A stretch of DNA of 64,000 nt from Myxococcota bacterium (lineage in GTDB: Bacteria > Myxococcota_A > UBA9160 > UBA6930). Both the position numbers and the translations under genes were made by a program. The notes beneath the pieces are model-generated. The model was given only the letters and a program-made list of their open reading frames with translations, made no database searches and was not told the origin of the DNA. This document shows positions 19,712-28,138 of this stretch, one piece after another; the stretch's first letter is position 1; the number at the start of each line of letters is the position of its first letter. The stretch spans positions 2,048,001-2,112,000 of the forward strand of contig OZ245002.1 of the NCBI GenBank assembly GCA_965223415.1. The letters are read 5' to 3'.

Positions 19712-20358
19712 GCATCTGAACGATCCGGCTGATGGTTGACAGAAGTCCAGGTACATCCTTTACACGCCTGTGATCGTTCCGGTTCGCTGATCGTACCTTC
19801 CGAGGAGGGTGCGGTAGTAGATGATGTTCCAGAGCCCGTCGCCGATCTCTTCGAGTCCGATGGTCTCGCCGGCCAGGGCATGGGAGAGAAACGGCAGCCG
19901 GGGCTGCATGCGGAAGGTGCCGGCGTTGTTGACGCGTCGCACCTCGAGGTGGGCCGGATACTCGGGCTCGGGGAGACTCTCTGGGTAGCTGCGCTTGGCC
20001 GGGCTCCAGAGCTCGTCCGGGACCTGATCGCCGATGCCTTCGTGGGGCCGCTCGGCGTTGTAGCGGTCGCGAAAGCGGTCGAAGCGCCGCTGCTGGGATC
20101 GTCGGGTGGCTGCCGGAGGCCGAGCCGTCTCCTTCTTCAGCTCGCGGTGCATCCGTTCGTGAGCTCCGTTCTCCTGCGGGCTCGCGGGTCGGATCCGTTG
20201 GTGGACGATGCCGAGCTTCATCCACCAGACGTTCAGCTCGCAGAGGCCGTGGATGCCGGTTGTCGCAGGACGTGATATTCGAGGGCTAAGAGGACACGTA
20301 GATTTGCGCACCTCCTGTTGAGCCGCTGCGCGGCACGTTCCCCGTGAGGGAGGGGGGC

Positions 20359-21630
20359 GTGGGGCAGCGGCGACTGAGGCAGGAGGAAGTGATGACGATC
20401 GAAGTGCTGCACGAGCGGGGGTGCTCGAACCGGGAGATCGCCCGCCAGCTGGGGATCCGGGAGAGCGCGGTGCGCTACCGGCTGAAGCGGCTGGCGGAGG
20501 GGGCGCGAGACGGCCGGAGCGGGAAGCCCTTCCTGGCCGAGGCGGTCCACGAGGTGATCGCGGAGTGGCTGGAGGCGAGCTCGGGAGGCCGTGGCGTGAA
20601 CCTGCAGGAGCTTCACGAGTTCCTGGTGGAGGAGCACGGGTACACGGGGAGCTCCAAGAGCGTGCAGCGGTACGTGCGGGCCCGGTTCCCGAGACCGAAG
20701 GTGCGGAGCCGGCGTCGGGTGGAGACACCGCCCGGGGCGCAGGGTCAGGTGGACTGGGGCGAGTTTCCGGGCGTGCGGATCGGGGGCCAGGAGGTGGACC
20801 TGCATGCCTTCCACCTGGTGCTCTCGCACTCGCGGCGAGAAGCGGTGGTGTGGTCGGAGCGGGCGGACACGCTGGCGTGGCTGGACGTGCACAACCGGGC
20901 CTTCGAGCGGCTGGGCGGGGTGCCGGCGGTGCTGCGGGTCGACAACGTGAAGACAGCGGTGGCGAAGGGGGCGGGGCCATGGGGGACGGTGAACCCGGCT
21001 TACGCGAGCTATGCCGGGGCCCTTCGCTTCCACGTGGACGCCACCCGTCCCCGCCAGCCGCAGGAGAAGGGGAAGGTGGAGCGTCGGATCCTGGGGCACC
21101 GGCGGGGCTTCGATCCGCGTCGGCGGGAGCACGAGAGCCTGGAGTCGCTGCAAGCGTGGACGGACGGCCAGGTGGCGCGCTCGAGCCACCGGCGGCAGTG
21201 CCCGGCGACGGGCACGACGGTCTTCCAGGCGTGGGAGGCGGAGAAGCCCCATCTCGGGGCCCTGCCCGAGCGGCTTCCCGAGCCCTTCGACCTGGCCGTG
21301 ATGCGACGTGTCGGGCGCGACGCCACGGTGCGCTTCGAGGGGCGTACCTACAGCGTCCCCTTCCGCTTCGTCGAGCAGAGCGTCGAGGTGCGCGGCTGCG
21401 CCCGGCAGGTGCAGGTCTGGGCCGAGGGCTCGGTGGTGGCCGCGCACCCGCGCCACACGCGAAGCCGCCTGCTGCTGGACCCGAGCCACTACGAGGGGCC
21501 GAGCACGGAGGGGGTGGAGGCGCCCGTACCGCTCGGGCGCATGGGTCGACGCCTCCAGGAGCTGTGGGCGATGGAGCCGGAGCAGCGGCCGATCGACCTC
21601 TATGCCGATCTGGCGGAGGTGGCGCGATGA
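20359..21630 (+). CDS. istA: IS21 transposase
   Basis: HTH, ETPPG.QGQVDWG, VDNVK, KGKVER; start estimated. Confidence 0.93.
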   Translation: MGQRRLRQEEVMTIEVLHERGCSNREIARQLGIRESAVRYRLKRLAEGARDGRSGKPFLAEAVHEVIAEWLEASSGGRGVNLQELHEFLVEEHGYTGSSKSVQRYVRARFPRPKVRSRRRVETPPGAQGQVDWGEFPGVRIGGQEVDLHAFHLVLSHSRREAVVWSERADTLAWLDVHNRAFERLGGVPAVLRVDNVKTAVAKGAGPWGTVNPAYASYAGALRFHVDATRPRQPQEKGKVERRILGHRRGFDPRRREHESLESLQAWTDGQVARSSHRRQCPATGTTVFQAWEAEKPHLGALPERLPEPFDLAVMRRVGRDATVRFEGRTYSVPFRFVEQSVEVRGCARQVQVWAEGSVVAAHPRHTRSRLLLDPSHYEGPSTEGVEAPVPLGRMGRRLQELWAMEPEQRPIDLYADLAEVAR

Positions 21631-22427
21631 CGGCGGGAAACCCGGTGCCCAAGAAGGGCGGCAAGGTGGATCTCGACCCGACCCGCGAGCGGCTCGTGCG
21701 CCTCGGCCTCCATCACGCGGCCGAGCACATCGGCGAGGAGCTGGCCCGAGCGACCAAGGACGACCTCGTGCCCCACCGCTTCCTCGACCTGCTGCTCGAG
21801 GCCGAGCTGCAGCACCGCGAGGAGCGGAGGATGAAGACCTCGCTCCGTCTCTCGGGCCTTCCCACGGGGCAGACCCTCGGCAACTTCGACTTCGCCTTCC
21901 AGCCGAGTGTGGAGCGGAGCCGGATCGAGACGCTGGGCACCTGCGCGTGGATCCGGGCCAAGGAGAGTCTGCTGATCCAGGGTCCGCCGGGAGTGGGCAA
22001 GACCCACCTGGCGGTGGCCCTGGGGGTGCGGGCCGTGGAGAACGGCTTCTCCGTGGCCTTCCATCGCCTCGAGGACCTGCTGGCGGCCCTCAAGCGCGAC
22101 GCCGAGATCAGCCCGCAACGGCTGCGGCGGCGCAAGCACATGAACGTGGCGCTCCTCGTCATCGACGAGGTCGGCTTCGAGCCCATGACGCGCCAGGAGG
22201 CGAGCCTCTTCTTCCGGCTCGTCTCCTACCGCTATGGGAGGGGCTCGATCCTGATCACCACGAACAAGGGCATCGCCGACTGGCCCGAGGTGCTGGCGGG
22301 CGACGAGGTGCTGGCCACCGCCATCCTCGATCGCCTCCTCCACCACAGCCAGGTGCTCAACATCTCGGGGCGGAGCTACCGGCTCCGCGAGCTCGAGCAG
22401 GCCGCGGGGCAAAGCGCCCAGCGTTGA
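21627..22427 (+). CDS. istB: IS21 helper ATPase
   Basis: GPPGVGKTHLA, IDEVG, AILDRLLHH, GRSYR. Confidence 0.95.
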   Translation: MTAGNPVPKKGGKVDLDPTRERLVRLGLHHAAEHIGEELARATKDDLVPHRFLDLLLEAELQHREERRMKTSLRLSGLPTGQTLGNFDFAFQPSVERSRIETLGTCAWIRAKESLLIQGPPGVGKTHLAVALGVRAVENGFSVAFHRLEDLLAALKRDAEISPQRLRRRKHMNVALLVIDEVGFEPMTRQEASLFFRLVSYRYGRGSILITTNKGIADWPEVLAGDEVLATAILDRLLHHSQVLNISGRSYRLRELEQAAGQSAQR

Positions 22428-23311
22428 GGCCCCAGAGGGCGGCCTGACGGCCGTGCTCTCCTTCGGAGAGCGGAAGAGAAGAAGGAAGAACCGAACATCA
22501 ACCCAGGGGGGTGCGCAAAACTAGCCGTCCTCTTAGCGCGCAAGAGATGACGTCCCTCGACACCGGTCGAGGCGAAGGGCGCACCGTTGTCGCTGCGGAT
22601 CGCCTCGGGAAGCCCGACCTCGCGGAACAGCCGTCGGAAGACGGGCTTCGCATGCTCCGTCCTCACGGAGGGCAGCCCTCGGCACACGAGGAGCTTCCGG
22701 CTGAAGTGGTCGGTCACCGTGAGCGGGTAGCAGTAGACGCCTGTCGAGGGACGTCATCTCTTGTGCGAAACTGGCCCTTGAAGTCGACGGGCCAGACCTC
22801 GTTCGGCCGCTCCGTCTGGAGCGGGGCGGCACCCGGATGGTCCCACTTCCGCCGCCGGCGGTTCTTGCGCAGCTTCCCGTGGCGATCGAGGATCGCGTTG
22901 ATCGTGCTCTGGGCCGGCAGCGCTCTTCGCGGGTGCCGCCGGGCCAGCACCAGGCGAAGCTTCTTCGCCCCCCAGCCGTACTGGGCCCGAAGCGCCAGGA
23001 CCTCCCGCTCCACGGCCTCGGGCGTCCGATGCGGGCAGCTCCTGGGCCTTCGCGAGCGCTCCTCGAGGCCCTCGCCCGCCTCGGCCCGCTCGAGCCACTT
23101 GTAGCCCGTGGGCCGGCTGACCCCGTAGCGCTCGCAGAGCTCCTTCATCCCCCACTGGCCGCTCGCATGATCGGCCACGAAGGCCTTCCGCTGTTCCGTC
23201 CGATTCGTTTGCATCCAAGGCATCCCTGGGTGTAAACGATGTACCCGGACTTCTGTAAACCATGTCCCCGGACCGTACCGTCCGCCGCCTAACCAGCGGC
23301 TGCAGCTGACC

Positions 23312-23557
23312 CGTTTAGGGAGTGTCAACTCCAATGATCGCGAAGCACGTGTGGGTCTTGGTGGTGTCCTCCAACGGAATCGGCTTGCGTCCCTGCGGGT
23401 TCGGGTTCAGTCCAAACGCGTTGTCGGCCTCGTGGGCTCAATGAGGGGTTCGGGGCGACGGTGGTGAATCGGGGCCAAGGGCTCATGGGCCGCAGTCAGC
23501 TGCCCGCCTACCGTCTTCGTTGGAACACAAGCGAGAAGGGGTCCTGGGGGAGCGGGG
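23312..23557 (-). ncRNA. Candidate guide (bridge/seek) RNA region of element B copy 1
   Basis: Non-coding end downstream of the transposase, with GCAGCUGAC (23495-23503) identical to the attC sequence abutting the insertion point. Confidence 0.6.
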
Positions 23558-24607
23558 CTACGCCATGCCAAGGCACCTCCGGAGATCGAAGGCCTCGCCG
23601 CGGGTGAGCGTGACCCAGACGCTGACGAGGAGTCTGCGAGCCAAGGCCATGCGGACCTTGTTCTTGTGGACGCGGGTCCGCATCGTCTTCGCCCAGGCAC
23701 GAACCAACGGGTCGTCCTTCATCAGGCGAACCGCCCATTGGCTGACGATCCAGCGGAGCTCGGCCTGGCCTTGGCGGGTCATGCGGCCGTGGTGGGCGTG
23801 GTCGGCTGACTGGTTCACCTTGGGGGTGAAGCCGGCGAAGGCCGAGACCGCACGGGGGCCTCGGAATCGGTGCGGGTCGCCGATCTCGGCGAGCAGCGTG
23901 GCAGCCGATTGCGTCCCGATGCTCGGGAGCTCCTGCTCGAGGGCCTGGACGTCGGGATCCTCTCGCCCGATCCGTCGGATCTCCCGATCGAGAGCCAGCA
24001 CCTGGCCCTGCAGGCTATCGAGCACCTGGAGCAGGGCCTTGAAGGCGGTCTGCATCTCCAGGGTCGGCAGGGTGACGGTGCGGAGCTTCTCCCGGCTCGG
24101 CTTGGTATAGAGCGCGCTCGTGGGAGCGGGAATCCGGTAGGCGTTCAGGAAGCCCCGGAGCTGGTTCACGGCCTGTTGGCGCATCTGGACGAGGCGGTGG
24201 CGGACCCGAAGGAGCTTCCTCCTCCCGTACTCCTCGTCGCTCGGGTAGTAGGTCGTTGCCACCCGATCCAGATCACCGAGCCAGAGCCGGCGTGCAATCT
24301 CGGCTGCATCTCGCCGGTCCGTCTTCTTGCCGAGCTTCTTCAGGTCGAGCTTGCGCGGATCACAGACCAGAACGTCGAGCTGCGCCTCTCGGCAGGCGTT
24401 GACGAACCACCGGTTGAGGCCCAACGCCTCGACGGCTACGCGGCAATGGGGTCCGAAGAACTTCAGCCGCTCCACGACCCCGAGGCCCTGTTCAAGGCTC
24501 TCGGAGCGGATCCTCTCCTCGGCGATCTTCTCACCCCGCGCATCCAGCACGCAGATCTGGATCACGGTGCGATGCAAGTCGATCCCAGCGAAGTACTCTG
24601 TCGTCAT
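23558..24607 (-). CDS. IS110/IS1111 transposase (349 aa), copy 1
   Basis: GIDLH, VEA, KTDRRDA (DEDD); NQSA serine; ARRL. Confidence 0.93.
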   Translation of the reverse strand: MTTEYFAGIDLHRTVIQICVLDARGEKIAEERIRSESLEQGLGVVERLKFFGPHCRVAVEALGLNRWFVNACREAQLDVLVCDPRKLDLKKLGKKTDRRDAAEIARRLWLGDLDRVATTYYPSDEEYGRRKLLRVRHRLVQMRQQAVNQLRGFLNAYRIPAPTSALYTKPSREKLRTVTLPTLEMQTAFKALLQVLDSLQGQVLALDREIRRIGREDPDVQALEQELPSIGTQSAATLLAEIGDPHRFRGPRAVSAFAGFTPKVNQSADHAHHGRMTRQGQAELRWIVSQWAVRLMKDDPLVRAWAKTMRTRVHKNKVRMALARRLLVSVWVTLTRGEAFDLRRCLGMA

Positions 24608-24765
24608 GGTCAGTCTCCTTGGGGAGTGTTTGTTGGAACACAGCCAAGGTGGCTGTTCCTCGGTGGACACCCAAAACCGGCCATAGAAGGACGTCTGAAA
24701 AGCGGCCATAGGGGCTGACGCCCAGGACGTTGACGACGGCGAGGGACCTGCGATCCCCCGCCGCC

Positions 24766-26355
24766 ATGGCGAACCTTCTGGGCAACGAGAAACGCGAGCA
24801 GATTCTGGCACTTGGCCGCCTCGGCTGGTCGCTTCGGCGGATCGAGGAGGCGACGGGCGTGCGCCGGGAGACGGCGAGCCGTTACCTCCGGGCCGCGGGG
24901 ATCGCGGTGCGATCTCCTGGTCGCTGGGGGCACGGGGCCCCAAACCCGGCCATAGAGGCGTCCACCGACTCGAAGGCCCCGGCAAAAGCGGCCAAAGAGG
25001 CGTCCACCGATCCGGCCTGGCCGCCGATGCCGGGCCGGAGCCCCCAGGCCAGCGCCTGCGAGCCCTACCGCGAGTGGATCGAGGCGGGCGTGCGCCAGGG
25101 CCGGACGGCGATGGCGATCTGGCAGGACCTAGTCGATGACCACGGCTTCGCCTTCAGCTATGCGAGTGTGAAGCGCTTCGTGGCGAAGCAGCGAGCCGCG
25201 GCGCCGCGCGAGGCGCACCCGGTGATCGAGACGGCACCGGGAGAAGAGGGCCAGGTCGACTACGGCGACGGGCCGATGGTGCGGCATCCCGGGTCGGGGA
25301 AGTACCGGCGCACGAGGCTGTTCGTCTTCACCCTGGGCTACAGCCGCAAGTGCGTTCGGCTGCTCGTGTGGAAGTCGAGCAGCCAGGTCTGGTCGGAGCT
25401 GCACGAGAAGGCCTTCCGCCGGCTGGGCGGTGCACCGCGCACCGTCGTCCTCGACAACCTCAAGGAGGGCGTTCTCAAGCCCGACGTCTACGACCCCGCG
25501 CTCAACCCCCTCTACCGCGATGTGCTCGCCCACTACGGCGTGACGGCGCTTCCGTGCCGGGTGCGCCACCCCGATCGCAAGGGGAAGGTCGAGTCCGGGG
25601 TGCGCCACGCGCAGCAGAAGGTCCGCGGGATGCGCTTCGAGTCGCTCGAGCAGGCCCAGGCCTACCTCGACCGCTGGGAGCGCCGATGGGCCGACACCCG
25701 CATCCACGGCACGACCAAGCGCCAGGTGGCGGCGATGTACGAAGAGGAGAAGCCGCACCTGCTCGGGCTTCCCATCGAGCCCTTCCGCTACTACCAGCAC
25801 GGCGAGCGCACGGTGCACCTCGACGGGGCCATCGAGGTGGAGGGGGCCTACTACCACGCGCCGCCGGGCTGGCTGGGGCGGCGGGTGGCCGTCCAATGGG
25901 ACGGGCTGCGGGTGCGGATGCTCGATCTGCAGACGGGGGAGCTGCTGCGCGAGCACGTCCGCCAGAGGCGGGGGCGCCGCAGGATGCGGGAGGAGGACCG
26001 CCCGAAGCGGACGCCGGCCACGACCCTCCAGCTGCTCGCGCGGGCCCGGCGCGCCGGCGTCCACGTGGGCGAGGTGTGTGAGGCGATCCATCGCCTGGAC
26101 GGCGAGCCCGGGGTGCGTCGCATCCTGGGCGTGCTCTCCCTGTGCAAGCGCCACGGCATCCCTCGCGTCGACGATGCCTGCGCCACCGCCCTGGCCCTCG
26201 AGCTGCCCACCTACGCGTTCGTCAAGCGCTACCTGGAGCGTCAGCCCGAGCTGCCGCTCTCGCTCAAGCAGGTGGACCCGCTCATCCGCCAGCTCACCCA
26301 CTACCGCGATCTCATCGATCGCCGCACCGAGGAGACCTCTCGTGAATCTGACTGA
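24766..26355 (+). CDS. istA: IS21 transposase
   Basis: ETAPGEEGQVDYG, LDNLKEGV, KGKVES. Confidence 0.93.
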   Translation: MANLLGNEKREQILALGRLGWSLRRIEEATGVRRETASRYLRAAGIAVRSPGRWGHGAPNPAIEASTDSKAPAKAAKEASTDPAWPPMPGRSPQASACEPYREWIEAGVRQGRTAMAIWQDLVDDHGFAFSYASVKRFVAKQRAAAPREAHPVIETAPGEEGQVDYGDGPMVRHPGSGKYRRTRLFVFTLGYSRKCVRLLVWKSSSQVWSELHEKAFRRLGGAPRTVVLDNLKEGVLKPDVYDPALNPLYRDVLAHYGVTALPCRVRHPDRKGKVESGVRHAQQKVRGMRFESLEQAQAYLDRWERRWADTRIHGTTKRQVAAMYEEEKPHLLGLPIEPFRYYQHGERTVHLDGAIEVEGAYYHAPPGWLGRRVAVQWDGLRVRMLDLQTGELLREHVRQRRGRRRMREEDRPKRTPATTLQLLARARRAGVHVGEVCEAIHRLDGEPGVRRILGVLSLCKRHGIPRVDDACATALALELPTYAFVKRYLERQPELPLSLKQVDPLIRQLTHYRDLIDRRTEETSRESD

Positions 26356-27103
26356 ACTCGATCCCGCACTGCGCAAGCTCCGGCTCTCGGGCATGGCCGA
26401 GCATCTGGAGATGCGGCTCCTCGAAGCCCAGAAGGGCGAGTGGGCGGCCATCGACCTGCTCTCGGCGCTCGTCCAGGACGAGCTCGAGCGCCGGCAGGAC
26501 CGACTGCTGGCCCGGCGCATCAAGCAGGCCCGCTTCCGCGACGCCAACCGGACCCTCAACGGCTTCGACTTCCGCTTCAATACGAAGATCGATCGCGCCC
26601 TGGTCTTCGAGCTCGCCACGGGCCGCTTCCTCGAGCAAGCCGAGGACGCTGTCTTCCTCGGCCCGCCGGGCACGGGCAAGAGCCATCTCGCCCAGGCGAT
26701 CGGCCTCGCCGTCATCCACCAGGGCCATCGCGTCGCCTACCGCGAGGTCCACGTCCTCCTCGAGGAACTCGCTGATGCGACCCTCGACGGCACCCGCAAG
26801 GAGTACCTGGCCGAGATCGCGAGAGTGCCGCTGCTCATCCTCGACGACCTCGGCATGCGCAAGCTCCCCACCACGGCCGCCGAGGACCTCCTCGAGCTGA
26901 TCATGCGCCGCTACGAGCGCACCAGCACCCTCGTCACCTCGAACCGACCCGTCGACGACTGGGGCCGGCTCCTCGGCGACACGGCAGCCGTCACCGCCAT
27001 GCTCGACCGCCTCCTCCACCACGGCCACCTGCTCAAGTGCGGACCCCGCAGCTGGCGCACCAAGAAGACCACCGCCTTGCCGAAGGAGGCCCCGGCGCGG
27101 TAG
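26342..27103 (+). CDS. istB: IS21 helper ATPase
   Basis: GPPGTGKSHLA, LDDLG, AMLDRLLHH, SWR. Confidence 0.95.
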   Translation: MNLTELDPALRKLRLSGMAEHLEMRLLEAQKGEWAAIDLLSALVQDELERRQDRLLARRIKQARFRDANRTLNGFDFRFNTKIDRALVFELATGRFLEQAEDAVFLGPPGTGKSHLAQAIGLAVIHQGHRVAYREVHVLLEELADATLDGTRKEYLAEIARVPLLILDDLGMRKLPTTAAEDLLELIMRRYERTSTLVTSNRPVDDWGRLLGDTAAVTAMLDRLLHHGHLLKCGPRSWRTKKTTALPKEAPAR

Positions 27104-27318
27104 AACCCCTCTGTCCTGGGCGCGGCCCTTTGGCCGCCTTTGAGACGTCCACCTTTGGCCGGTTTTCAGACGTCCACCGAGGGCTGTTCTCCAAGGAGCT
27201 GACCTCCCTATACCCTCCGGGCACCCGCGCGTTCCAACCGGGGCGTGGTACCCTTAGGGTTCCACTCAGGCGCCTCAGCGAGCCTCGGGGCCGGCCCGGC
27301 AGCTGAGCCGCCTGTCCG

Positions 27319-27540
27319 TTAGGCGGCGTTGGGCTTCCAGCGCATGGATGGCCGCTTCTTCGTGCGAGCGCACTCGCCGAGATAGAGATTGATCAGTGTT
27401 TGGTACGGGATGTCCGTCTCTTCCGACAGCTCACGGAAGTACGCGAGCGTCTCCTCGTCCAGACGAATTGTGATCTGCTTCTTCAGTCGCCTGGCGTACG
27501 GGTTCCTCTTTCCCTTCGAGAAGTCGTAGTTCTTTCTCAT
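27319..27540 (-). CDS. brnA: Cassette 3: BrnA/CopG-like antitoxin
   Basis: MRKNYDFSKG.RNPY...KKQITIRLD...YF...PYQTLIN; stop TAA lies inside GTTAGGC. Confidence 0.88.
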   Translation of the reverse strand: MRKNYDFSKGKRNPYARRLKKQITIRLDEETLAYFRELSEETDIPYQTLINLYLGECARTKKRPSMRWKPNAA

Positions 27541-27827
27541 CGCTTCCACCGCCTCTCGTAGTCTCGTCTCTCGGCCCTGTTGGCGCGCCGCGCCGAGATG
27601 ACGCGAATCACGTGGTCTTCCTCTCGGTAGCAGTGGCAAACCACCAGGGCCCGGAGTGCAGCCGAAAGCCCAATCATCACGAAGCGGTCCTCGGCTTCAT
27701 CCGGGTCCTCGATCAAGATCGCAGCTTCGTCGTAGAAGACCGTCCGCGCTTCCTCGAACGAAACACCGTGTTTCTTCTGATTGGCCTTGTCCTTCTTCGG
27801 GTCCCAGTCGAAGTCGATATCGGCCAT
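27537..27827 (-). CDS. brnT: Cassette 3: BrnT family ribonuclease toxin
   Basis: FDWDPKK...N.KKHGVSFEEA..VF...IRVISARRA. Confidence 0.92.
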   Translation of the reverse strand: MADIDFDWDPKKDKANQKKHGVSFEEARTVFYDEAAILIEDPDEAEDRFVMIGLSAALRALVVCHCYREEDHVIRVISARRANRAERRDYERRWKR

Positions 27828-27892
27828 CCGACCCTAGTGTAGTTATACTGTAGTGGAACGCAACGCCGCCTAACCAGCGGCTGCAGCTGACC

Positions 27893-28138
27893 CGTTTAGG
27901 GAGTGTCAACTCCAATGATCGCGAAGCACGTGTGGGTCTTGGTGGTGTCCTCCAACGGAATCGGCTTGCGTCCCTGCGGGTTCGGGTTCAGTCCAAACGC
28001 GTTGTCGGCCTCGTGGGCTCAATGAGGGGTTCGGGGCGACGGTGGTGAATCGGGGCCAAGGGCTCATGGGCCGCAGTCAGCTGCCCGCCTACCGTCTTCG
28101 TTGGAACACAAGCGAGAAGGGGTCCTGGGGGAGCGGGG
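27893..28138 (-). ncRNA. Candidate guide RNA region of element B copy 2
   Basis: Same as copy 1; target-matching 9-mer at 28076-28084. Confidence 0.6.

Larger units (their letters stand above)
20261..22562 (+). mobile_element. IS21-family element 1
   Basis: TGTCG...CGACA ends with about 50-bp imperfect IR; 5-bp TSD CCGGT at 20256-20260 and 22563-22567. Confidence 0.94.
19760..23223 (-). pseudogene. IS481 transposase, split by IS21 and frameshifted by a 14-nt insertion
   Basis: MPW...YGVSRPTGYKW...VDFKG / YCYPLTVTDHFSR...SDNGAPF / PQENGAHERMHR pieces are collinear. Confidence 0.9.
19717..23279 (-). mobile_element. IS481-family element, interrupted by IS21
   Basis: About 50-bp imperfect TIRs (ATGGTT(G/T)ACAGAAGTCC(A/G)GGTACATC(C/G)TTTACAC); no TSD found, exact ends uncertain. 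Confidence 0.82.
24658..27182 (+). mobile_element. IS21-family element 2 with atypical termini
   Basis: Ends CCTCGGTGGAC...GTCCACCGAGG; TSD GCTGTT (24652-24657, 27183-27188); empty site visible in element B copy 2. Confidence 0.92.
23312..27216 (-). mobile_element. IS110-family element B (IS1111-type), copy 1, containing IS21 element 2
   Basis: CC core at 23310-23311 and 27217-27218; subterminal IR AGGGAG(T)GTCA(A/G)CTCC; long 3' non-coding end. Confidence 0.92.
23287..27324 (+). other. attC site 2, split by IS110 element B copy 1
   Basis: R'' GCCTAAC 23287-23293 and L'' GCAGCTGAC; remainder 27217-27324 ends GCAGCTGAGCCGCCTGTCCGTTAGGC. Confidence 0.92.

Noticed and set aside
19705..23290. 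Target-site duplication for the IS481 element
   Set aside because: Flanks (AAGCATC / GTCCGCC) share no direct repeat.
24608..24985. Longer 475-aa version of the element B transposase
   Set aside because: The extension reads through the inserted IS21 end; copy 2 shows the true 349-aa ORF.
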